Positions 20,101-32,100 of a stretch of DNA of 64,000 nt are shown in pieces. The DNA is from Candidatus Omnitrophota bacterium. GTDB lineage: Bacteria > Omnitrophota > Gorgyraeia > Gygaellales > Profunditerraquicolaceae. Each line of letters starts with the position of its first letter. Positions within the stretch are counted from its first letter, which is position 1. The position numbers and the translations under genes are program-made. The notes below the pieces were generated by a model. It made no database searches and was not told the origin of the DNA. It saw nothing but the letters and a program-made list of their open reading frames with translations. The stretch spans positions 4,921 through 68,920 of the forward strand of contig JAPLLR010000046.1 of the NCBI GenBank assembly GCA_026387455.1, written 5' to 3'.

Positions 20101-23100
20101 GGCTATTTTAGGAATTCGGTTTCAGACTCCTACTATCAGGGCTCTATCACTGGGGGATGGGAATCTTTATTAGGTGACGGATTCAGCAATTTTGTCAATC
20201 CTGAAAAGAGCAAAGACACCAATCCTATAACCAATCCCGAGCAGTATGCGGGATTGAGTTATTTCGCAACGCAGATGTGGTTATTGGGCGGTTACAAAGA
20301 AGGTGCAGGCCTAAAGAAAGGCGAAGCCAGAGGCACTCCGCTTTTAGATACATATCAAACCCTGACAGCCATAGAGCTTACACCAATGAATCTTATGCTT
20401 TTCCCCGGAAATGAGCTTGGTAGGCAGGTGGGCATGGTAAAAGAAGCGGCGACAGCAGGTAGAACTGAAGGCGATGCTTCTTCTTTCCGCGGCAGGTTAA
20501 ATCAGCTCGGAAACGCAAATGGCGGCCCCGGGCATCAGTTTGTGGAAAATCTTATTTCTGCAGCCCTACCTTTACGTTCTCCGCAAGCAACTCCTTCGAA
20601 TAAAAGTGAAGTTGCTCCTGTGCAATCTTCTACGGAAGCGGGAGGAACAGTAAGGTTAAATGAAAATGATGTAGTAGGCGATAGGGGCAGAAGAGCGGGG
20701 GGTAGCGATGTGAAGGCTCCTGCTTCTCAGCCTGAAATGTCACGTCCTAACTTCTTTCAGCGTTGGAGTCAGCGTAGTTATCTAAAGCAAGAAGGATACT
20801 CTTTTTCAGAAAGAAGAGCGATTGCAGATGGGCGTCTTGCGCCTACAGATAGAAGTGGAAATGTCAGGGCAGACGTAGTAAATCGTTTTAATGAGATTGG
20901 CGCTACTCCGACTTGGGTTGGAAGATCGCTTAATCGGGCAAGAGAAGCCACCACCACTTGGATTAAGAATCAGATAGACGCCAGCCCCACAGTGAACTGG
21001 TTTAAGAACGATGCCTTTGATATGTCTAAGTCTCCTGTGGTCGATGCCGGCAAAAAAGTAGCTGGCGCAGTAGCTGATGCAGGAAGGGCCACCGCAGACT
21101 GGGCTAAGAATGACGCACTGGATATGTCTAAGTCTCAGGTAGTCAACTGGGCCAAAGACACCAGCGTCGGCAAATGGCTGGCTAACGATGCCTTTGATAT
21201 GAATAAATCTCTTGTGGTCAACTGGGCAAAGAATGACGCCGCTCCTTGGGTCAAGAATCAGATAAATACTAGCCCCACAGTGAACTGGTTCAAGAATGAC
21301 GCCTTTGATATGTCTAAGTCTCGGGTTGTCAACTGGGCAAAGAACACTGCTCTTCCCAATATCGCTGCCTCTGCCAATCCTAAGAACTGGACCACCTATA
21401 ATTGGGCTAAGACAGCTGCTATCTGGGCAAGAGACACCGCCACCCCCTGGATTAAGAATCAGATAAATACCAGCCCCACAGTGAACTGGTTCAAGAATGT
21501 TTGGCAGCTTGCTACTTCCTCGCAGTATCGTTTCCTCAATAGACGCGGTATTAAAGATCCAACTACGAGAGCTGCAATCATCAGGGACGGATATTCAGCT
21601 CCGGAATCTCCCAATAAGACCTTATTTTATGAGATGCGCGCTGATCAATATTTAAAAGACAATGGTTTCTTCTTTAGAAGGCAAAGAACAGCGATTAGGC
21701 AAGGGCGTTTAAAATCTAATGATTTGAGTCTTAGCCGTGATTTTAGCGAAATTCGTAAGGGGCGCGTAGTTTATGATGAGGCGGCCCAAAATGATGTTTT
21801 ATCATCCGGCCGCAATGTACATCTGTCGATGGCTGGTGAATGGGCAGCGGATATAGGCGGAAGGAAGAAGGGTGATGGCGGAAGATCGTTAGAAGCCAAG
21901 ATTCTAAGAGTAGAAAAAGGCGAAGACGGCGCGACTCGCATTTGGTTGGATACAGAGGAGATCTTCGGTGGCCGCGGCGCTACCTCAAGGGACGGAAAGA
22001 CCATATACTTCAGCCGCAACGCGCACGATGGGACAGATGTGCATGAAAGCACAGAAGCAGCCTTGCTATCTAAAGGCATATCCCCGTCAGCGTCACATAA
22101 AATAGCGGCAGAGGCTGAGGTAAGGTATTTAGCGCGTACGCTCGGCTATGACTTAAATGATCCCAGCCAAAGAATGCTAGTAGAGGAAATGGCAAGGAGC
22201 CATTCTGATGCCACTAAGGTCGCTAATAAGGAAAGGGCTCCGCCAGCGCCAAAATCGCCTTCCCATGTAGTTGTTGCTCCCGCAGAAGGACCGGGTTTTA
22301 GAGCTGCTGTTGGAGAAGGCGAAAGTATCAGCGATGTTGCCATAAGAGCTGGCCGCAGGCCAGTAGCTATGCTTACCGAAGGCACACCCAGCGATGCCTC
22401 TCGTTCCAGAACCGCAGCCAATCCCGAATCCGAAACCGTATCTAAATCTCAAGAAGCAATTAAACAAGATAAGCTGACCAGAGAGGCCCGGATATCTGAA
22501 TTCAGGCGGCAGCAGGAAGAAAGACAGGAAATTGAAAGAGCCCAAAATATACTTGGGAGTAAGGATCTTAAGCCGCAATTTATCTTTGCCCCTGAGACTG
22601 GCAGGCGCGTATTCATCGCTACCGCTGATGGAAAGGTGGCATTAGTAAAACATGGAGAAGAGGCGCCGGATATATCCCGCAGACCCATTGCCCTTCTTCC
22701 TGCACCTAAACCTGCGATCGAAGTAAAATCTGAATCCAAATCTGCACCCGCGCAATCTAAAGAAGTTGCGGAATCCAAAGCCCAGCCTGATGATAGAGTG
22801 TCTGTGTCTAACGAAGCCAGGCTTAGGAATGAACAGGCCAATCAGGAAAAGAAGGCTGAGTTTAAAGCAAAACAGGAGAAACTTGAAAGAGTAGCAAAGA
22901 TTGTTTCTGAGACGCCTAATACCGATAAAGCCAAGCTAAGAGTGGCTAAGGAAGTAGTTAAAGATAGAAGCTTACCTAAGAGGGAGCGTTTAGCAGAGGC
23001 AGATAAACTTATAGAAGCAGCAAAGCCATATGCACCCAAGAAAGAAGCTGCTAAGCCAGAAGTCAAAGAGCCGGTTTCTCAGTTGGTTGAATTAGGCGAT

Positions 23101-26100
23101 GGTAAAGGCACGATCAAGGTAAAGGTAAATAATCCGGAAGCGCTCGCAGGAGACCAGAAGAAATTAGAGAGATTAAATCGCGCTGTCGCTAGGATAGAAA
23201 AACAGAATTCTCAAGCTCAGGATGAAGCGGTACAGGGCCAGATTCAGGAAGCTGGATTCTGGGCGAGATTAATCGGCAGAAAAGGCCGTTCAGCTTTTGA
23301 AGCCAGTCCTTCATCCAACCCTGCCGAAAGCCCCGCATTAAAAGAATTAAAAGCGCAACGCGATGCCTTAGCCGAGAAGATCACTAAGAATATGTCGCCT
23401 GTCCCTGAAGCTGATTTGGCCAGACAACATCTCCAGCAATTAAGGAAAGCCATAAATATTCTTAAGGAGACTACTGACTCTGACCGGGCTATGGATAGAG
23501 TGGTTAAGGAAGTAGTCAGCAAGGATAAAAAGCAAACCAACAAAGAGCGCCAAACAGAGGCGAAAAGGTTTATAGAAGAAGCCAGGCGCTATCTGCCTGA
23601 ATCGCAAGCCCCTAAGCCTGTTATACCAAAAGGTCCATCCGTCGTATATTTTGGCAACGAAAGCGGGCCAGTACAAAAAATCCATCTTAGCCCCAAAGAA
23701 ACAACGCAAGATGCAGCAGCGACAGCAGCGAAGGTTTTCCGCAAGCCTATTGCGCTTCTACCTGCTCATATATCTGCACCCAAGCCATTCTTTAGCAGAG
23801 TGATAGATGCCATAAAATCGAAGTTCTCTAGATCTGCTAAGTCTTCCGAGCCAGAGTTACTGCCTTCAGCTAGTCAGGAAGCAAAAGAGGCGATTAGAAA
23901 AGAAAGAGTAGCACAGAGAGATCAGCTTAAGAAAGTAGCGGCCATAGTAGCCGAAGCCGAGACTCCTGGTCAAGCTAAAGTAAAAGTAGCGCAGATGCTG
24001 CAGAGCGAGCCGGCTAAGAAAGACCTATCCAAAGAAGAGAGAAAGGTAGCTTTAAAGAGAGCAGAAGAGCTTATAGAAGAGGCAAAACCGTATGCACCTG
24101 AAGTCGAGCAAGGAAAAGAGCATGCCAGCAAGATCGAAAAAGTTACCAAGATCCTTCAGCAAACCACTGATTCTGATCAAGCCAGGGCAAAAGTCGTAAA
24201 AGAAGTAGTTTCAGACGGTAGAAAGCAGACTAAGAGAGAAAGAATTGTTGACCAGCGTAAGGCAGACCAGTTGATTGTAGAAGCCAGGCGCCAACTGTCT
24301 AAATCGCAAACTCCTAAGCCTGCTATGCCAAAGAGCCCATCCGTCATAAACTTTGGTAATGAAAGTGGGCCAGTAGTAAGAATCAACCTTGGCCCCGGAG
24401 AAACTGCGCAAGATGCAGCAGCGAAGGCTTTACGCAAACCTATTGCGTTTCTACCCGCACCTAAATCCCAAGCCAACAGGCAAGAAGTTGCTAAGCCTGC
24501 TCCATCCGAAGATGTTCGGCCGATGTCTGATGAAGCCATAGCTAAGAATCGGCTGGACAATAGGCAAAGGATAACTGAATGGAAAAACCTGAAGAGAATA
24601 GGACAGATACTTTTCGAAACAGCAGATATCCAGCAAGCCAAGGCAAGAGTAGCGCAAGAGGTGCTTGGGGTCGGTAAGGAAAGATCCCAGAGAGAGCAAA
24701 AAGCTGCGCTTAGGAAGGCAGAAGGGCTTATAGCAGAGGCAAGGCAACATGTGCCTAGCGCCACCACCACTACTGTTGCTCCCAAGTCCAAAATGACAGA
24801 GGTGGCTAGGATCGTGCGCGGTGAGAATGGCGAGCCTGCATTTGAGGCACATCCGACTATGAGTTCCTCCAGCGCGCAGTTGAAGGAGTATGTAGCTACA
24901 GAAGAAGCAGCCCATCTGACATTAGGTAACAGAGGCACAGCCGCGGAAGAAATCGCTGCTAATGTATTTACCCTTGAACGCTTAGGCATACGCGATGCTG
25001 AGAAAGTTACTGATCCGCATTTAAGAGCTTTAGCAGAGATATCATTGGACCATGGCGTAGAGAGCCCCATAGTAAGGACTGCCCGTTTTTATAGCGAGAT
25101 AGATGCGCAATTAAGAGACCAGCTTGTAGACAGCCATGGTAATTTGCGCCGGGACGTTTTGGATAACGCTACTAGACAGCTTGCGGGCCTTAGGAAAAGA
25201 AGCAGCGATGTAGAGGCTCGCAGAGACCATTTGAAAGATTTATTATCCTGGTCGCGCATAGCCGTCAGTAAGGAAGGCCAGCCTCAAGAAGTTTTGGCGC
25301 GTTCGCCGTTCAGGATGGCAGACGCTGGTAAAGAAAGCGCGCAGAAGACGCTAAGTGAATTAATTAGTCAAAGTAACTCCTTGTCTACAGAAGAGGCAAA
25401 AGCTCTTGGGGTTGCAATAAAGAATGCAATAAAATCAGGAACGCCAATTGATCAAATACAAGATCCTACCATTAGAAAGGCAGCTCAACTTTGGAAAAAA
25501 GCTTTTGAAAGTCCAGAGCTAAGAAAAGTGATGAGCTTAGAACTTAAGGAAGATCAGATAGCCCAGACTATATTAGAGGCTGTATCGAGGCCGATACTAG
25601 GTAGAGATTTGGGTGCTGGAAAGACAGCAGGTGATATCGCAGCCTTTGCAGTTCGTTTCCAGGTAGCTACGCAAGAAGGTAAAGAATTGAATGAAAGTTC
25701 TTGGAAAATAAAAGATTTCTTAATTGAGCAAGCAATTGATGGCTCTGACCCCATAGCAAGATTTTTTATGGAAGAAATCGCTAAATCCGCAAAGATATTG
25801 AGATGGGTTGTCGTGCCAGATGGAAAAGGCGGCACAGAGTTTAAAGAAGTGCCTATTGATGGTTTTGAAACCCCAGCGGACGCAAAGAGTAAATTTATTT
25901 TTGCTGATAGTGAAACTCTACTAGAAGTTTATCTAGGAGCAAAAGAGAAGAATGGCGAGAAAATGCGCGAAGCATTTAGGCAACTTACAGGAGCTAGCGC
26001 AGACGAAACACAGCTTTTCTTTGCCAATGCAACTTTGATTAAAGCAGAAATAGGGAAAATGTTTAGTCAGTTAAGTAGGGGAAATATTAAAAAAGCAGAG

Positions 26101-29100
26101 CTTATAGCTATTTTATATGAAAAATTAATGAAGTTAAAGGAAACCACGCCGGATTTAATAGATGGTCGATTAATCATAAAAGATGGATTAGGTAAGGAAG
26201 TAGAGGTTCATTCCTCAGCTTGTATAAAGGATGAATATCTACCGACGAAGTTACTTGATTTATATAGAAGCATGCGTAAAGCTAAAGAGTTACCCTTTTC
26301 AATGTCTTTCGAAGAATTTAAATCATATGCCCAGCATTGGGCTAGTTCTATGAATCAAAGAATTGACGCAAACGTCTATGTTGAGCTCGACCATTTCGTA
26401 ATGACGCCAGAAGAGAGGATTAAAGCTAACTCTCATCCTTATAGAGTAGCTCAAGAAGATGGGACGGGTCGTCCGAGTACTATTTTAGGAGATCCAATAG
26501 AGGCAGCTTTCTTAGTTGCTAGAATTACTGATGCTAAGCTGAAGTTAGTCTCCGAACCCTCTTTTGATAAGTATACCCAAGAGGAGCGAATAGCAGATAT
26601 AGCGAATGCTCGGCTTCAGGAGTCAAAGAAAAAAGCAGATTTTGCGGAGTTGATTAGCGGGGAATATGGCATAGGAGCAGATAAATTTACTGGCTTTACT
26701 GCAACCCCTGGTAGGGATATGTTACAGTATTATGGAGTAGGGAAGAAGCAACGCGATATACGCTTACTTGATCCGGAGAAATTAATTAAGGAAACGGATC
26801 GAGATTTTAGAGCGACACTTGACAAAGCTATTGAAGGTCAGATAGATACACATATTGGTAATATTAGAGATAATCCGCGCGCTTTACATTTAGGCATTGG
26901 TAGAGATGCAGCTATTGTAAGAAGAGCCTATGAAACAACAAAAAAAGCGGTAGAAGCTGGAGAATTAGTTAGTTCAGATGGTCGTCCTTACGAAGTTAAA
27001 TTTATTGAAGGGTTTGAACCAAAAACACAACAAGCATTGATGAAGGAGTATAGTAAAGGACGCCTTGAAAAACCGATGATTATATATGTTGTCGGTGATC
27101 CTTCAGGAGGTAATATAGCTGCTTTATCAAGAGGTGTAACATCAGCTGCTACACATCAGCTAACCATGGAAGGTATAACTAATATAACTCAGCATCTAGG
27201 TAGGGCAGGAACAGAAGGTAGGGCCGGAGGTTTACATCCAAAGGATCCAGTGAAATTTTTAACACTATCTTTAGAAGATCAGTGGATTACTCCTAAGCAA
27301 AAGAAAGAATTAGCCGGGTTAACTGGTAGAGACTTGACTAAGAAATTAATAGATATTGGGTATAATATTGATACAGTTATTGGAGAACAAGGTTTTCACC
27401 GTACATTAATTACTTCAGTTTCAAATATACAATATACACAAGCAGAGTTAGCTGCTTTAAAGGCAAATTTACAGGCAAGAAGAGATTCTCAGCGGACACA
27501 AAATAGAGATTTAGGCGTATCTTTGAATGGTACCTTAAATAATGTGCCCGAAGGCGCGCGTAAAGTTATAGAAGCAAAGTTTTCTAATGCTCAACGCGGT
27601 TGGACAATTCCCGCAAGCGATTCTAAAACAGCTCCGCTTAATTTAACTACTGCGGGCAGTCTCGTCTGGCAACAAACCCAGTCACTTATGCATGCTGCGC
27701 AAGACGACCGTAAGTCAATAGCTTCTCTTAATCTTGGTTTGTCTTCAACAACCCAGGCAGCGTTACAGGCAAGAGATTTAACCACGCAGGAAGCTTTTAC
27801 TGCTGTAACTGAGATGGTAGATAATGGCGTTCTGAATTTAGCCCATCCTGAAAGAGGAATTACCTCGTTAGCAGCTATCGGTGGAGCGGTGAGGGCGCTA
27901 AACAGCCAGAATTCGACTCAGCCGCTTAATATAGGTAAGGCTGAAATCGATGATATGTATAATCCTGTTTCCCGCGATTATAGCTTACTGCGTAGTGTGA
28001 CTACACAACTGCAGAATACTAATCCGCAATTAGCCAGAGAGCTGCAAAGTGTTTATAGTGGTACTTATACCACTTCGCAAAGACAAGAATCTATCCGCCA
28101 AGCTGAATTAAAACTTGAGGCTAGGCAGATTCGCTTAGTGAATAACCAAGAAGCAGGATGGGAAAAGACAAAGAGAGGAATTGGTTTTGTTGCTGGCGGC
28201 GCGGTGCTTGGTACGGTGGCCGGCGGTGTCTCCTGGTTCCAGAATAAACAGCGCCCGACAAAAGACGAGATGAAGGATATATACAGGAATACTAGTTTTA
28301 TCTTGTCGAACCTTCCTTTAATAATCAGGGCTAAACCCGAAGCAGGGGTTGCGGTGGCGAAATTATCATTCCTGGCACTGGGAATTGTGCTAGCTCTTAA
28401 ATTAGCGCCCCCAGCTATACCTTTATTAGCTAAATTAGCCGCAAGCACCAGCCTGGCTGGCTTTCTAGCTCCGATAGTGACTTCTTCAACAACTAATCTC
28501 GCGATATTAGCAGGGACAAGTGCTGCCATAGGATTGCCGGCAATGAAAGCTGTGGATGTTGCAGCCAGAAGGCAACAGGTCACAGTAGGCAAGATCACTC
28601 CTTTGGCCCAGGAATTAGGCGTATCCGAGGGGCAGTTAGCTCCATTATTCACTCCGCGCATCCAGCCGCGCGCGCCAAGTGAGATGATTGGCCGTACTTC
28701 TTTCCTGCAGCAGGCTAATCCTAGCAAAGCCGCGAAAATGGATGTTAATAAGTTGGTTCCCGGCCTTAATATGGATGAGGTAAAAGGGTTCGTTAGTATC
28801 TTTAACCGTCCATATCGTAATGCCGTAAATGCCACCACAAAGTTAATAGAAGCCAATTCCTATTTCAGCGCGGACAATCTGCAGGCGCAGGCTTTTAGAT
28901 CGATTAATCTTTCGGCCAAAGCCGAAGAGCAGAGCGAGCGGGAAGCAAACGCAAAGAGGCAGGAGCTAAAGGAGGAAGCAAGGAAGCTTAAGATCCTGAC
29001 TCAGGCTTTATTAGCGCTAGCGGGAAATGAAAGCCGGCCTAATTCTGGTAGAGTAAAATTAAGCCGGGTCAAAGAGAAATTAGAGCGCTCCGGAGAGGAT

Positions 29101-32100
29101 TTGTGGGAGGTAGCAGAGAAGTATCGTCTTATCCAACCGGAAAATGCGGTTACCTTTGATATGGCTGAGCCGGTGGTAGAGAGATTATCCCGCAAGGCAG
29201 GCATCTCTAGAGATGAGGCCAGAGAATTTGTTTATCCGTTGGTAACTCAGAGGACTAACCAGAATATCGCGCAAGACGTGCAGAATGCGCATAATGAGTT
29301 GATGGTAACCATGCCAGTAGCTGCCGATATGATACCTTTACCTACCATCGCCAGTGCGACTAGAGATGGCTCATGGCAGCGCTTTACGGACAGATTAAGA
29401 GAGCGCAATGACGCTGACCTTGCGGAAGCCAAACTTATTGCCGAGGCGGTTAACAATACTCAGGCAAAGGGTTGGAATATTGGCAGAGTTCTTACACATA
29501 TTAGCCCGGAGAATTTAGCAAAGACAAGGCAAGATATTGCTACCGGTAAAACAGATACTAATGTTCCGGAAATTGCCAAGCCTGCTGAGCCGAAAGCTCC
29601 TACTCAGGCAGAGATTCGCTCTAGCCTCGAAACTTTAAGCCAGAAGACAGAACGGGTCACTCTTGCCGGAGGACGCAAGGTAGAGGGAGTCAGGGTAGAG
29701 GCCGGCACAGCGGTTGAGATCAGCAATCACCGTCCGGATGGAAAATTTGTAGCTAAGGATCTAGCCAAGCCTAAGGATACGGCAAAGATTAGCGTAAATA
29801 AGGACGGCTCTGTCTTAATTACTAGCAGAAACGGTTTAGGCGATAAACTTGAGAAATTAATCAAGAAAGAAGTTCCGCAAGCGCCTTATGTAGACGCGGT
29901 AAAGCCGATCTCTAGTATTACGCAGACTGTCACTACGATTGCTGTGTGGGGTTTTAGTGTTGCGATTGTTTTAGCAGCAATGCATACCGGTTGGTTTGAC
30001 CCCGCAGCATTAGCGCATCTTGCCGGCTGGAAGGCGTTCTTAGCCAAGGGAATCATTAACGGATCGGTTATGTTGGCAGCTTTGACTTTGCATGAACTTG
30101 GTCATGCTGCTGTCGCTTTCTTTGCCGGAGACAAGAGCCAGAAGGTCAGGGACAGGTTGACGCTCAATCCGCTTAAGCATTTAAGCGTATGGTCTTTACC
30201 TATATTAGCAGGATTACCGGGCGCGGCAAAGCCGGTAGAAGTCAATTTTGGCAGATTAAATGACAATAAGGTGAGGGCAGTAGCTGCCGCAGGTCCGGCA
30301 GTTAACTTAGTTACTGCTGGCCTGGCGCTAGGAATATTCTTATTGACCGGTAATCCCACGGTTGCCTTGTTCGCAAAGCAGTTTGCAATTATCAGCGCTG
30401 TGCTAGGTACCGTTAACCTTATTCCATTTGCCCTTCCTCAATGGATAAGTAAGTTTATCAATAAAGGCAACAATAAGCCGGTATTATTTGACGGCGCGCG
30501 CGTGATCTTAGGCGCGAAAGAGAAAGTTTCGCCTAAGATGCAAATGGTAGGCGGTGTTGCCCTTATGCTTTATATGTTCGGGCTTGGGCCAATTCTGCAA
30601 GGACTTGGTTTTGGCGCTGGATTAGGCGCAGGCATGGGCGGCGGTGGAGCCGGTGTAGGAGTAGGCGGCGCAGCAGGCACCATCGGCAAAGGTAGTGGTT
30701 CTGGCGGTGGCGCTGGCAGAGGCACAGCTGAGGTTAAGAGAATTGAAGAAGATGCCAAAAAGGTCAAGCAGTGGTTTAATGATGATTTGAAGCAGATAAG
30801 AGAGGCAAGAGAGGCTCTAGACAGACGGCTGAGAGAGTTACGCAGTCTTATACCTAAACCTCCAATATTAAGCGAAGAGCAGAGAATATTTACTGAGAAT
30901 ATCTTCAGCCGCATCTATCCGCGTTTGATGACTGTCGGAACTCGTCTAGTGGATAATTACCAGAGACTAGCTGGTGAATATGGCTTAAAGCCGGGCAATA
31001 TACGTCTTTATGTGGTTGGAGGCACTGCCAAGAATAAACAGTTAATCGGCTTCAACAGTGATATTGATTTAACTTTTGTTGTAGAAAATTCCGCTGGTTC
31101 TTTAGAGGTCCTGCCTAATAGAGAAGAGTTAGTGCAGAGCCTCTTTGCGGACACGATAAGAGATGTCTTCGGCGATGCCACTGATCAGGAGAGGGCAGCC
31201 ATCCGCGGTAAACTAGATATGTTAAGGTTAGGAGGAGCGCTGAATGAGATTAATGGTCCAGCATTGCTCCTGGCTAGCAGCGAATCCAATAAAGCGCAAC
31301 AGTCTTCACCTAAGCCTACTCAGCCTACTGGACAAGGTCAAAATAGGCATCAGGAGACTCCGATTGCCCCGACACCATCCACGACTTTGCCAACTCAGGA
31401 GCAAACCGGAGAAAAATCGCCTCTCAGAGGAGCTGTGGTGGGCATGTTTGGCTCAAGCATTGGCGTAGGCAGCCATCCGATAGACATGCTCGCGCCTTTA
31501 GATACCTTAGGTAATACTGTCAATTCACTACAACATTTACTCAGTATAGGTGCTGCACAACGTGTGCTTAGCCCGGGTATTCCCGGGGCGACTGCGAATG
31601 CGCTTTCGCAGGTCGTCGGTACGACAAGTGCGCACAATATAGTTACAATAGTTGCAGTAGTAGGATTAGTTGTAGTAGTAGTCACAGTTGGCGCAATAGC
31701 TCTGGTTAATAGCTTCAGAGCAGATGCGAAAACTGCAGGTGCAGGAAGTGTAATCAGCGGAGACGCTGAAAAGACCAGTGGTTCCCAGTTTGCGCCCGGT
31801 AAAGATGCCGGAAACAAAGGTTCCAGAGGTGTAACCGAAGGAACTCGTAATGGCACGGGGTTGCCTGTAGGAAACAATACAGGTAATACCGGAAATACTG
31901 GTAATGCAGCTACTGGATCCAATGGAAATAATGCAGGTTCTGGCAAGAGAACCGGTGGTTGGGCGAGTGCGGTCGAATTAGTAAGAAAACTGTCTTCATT
32001 TGTACGTATCAAAGGTCCCGCAAATAGCCTCACTCCCGCGCAAGTTGTGTCGGAAACCTATGGCGCTCGTGGTCCGCCCGCAGCACTAACAATCATTATA

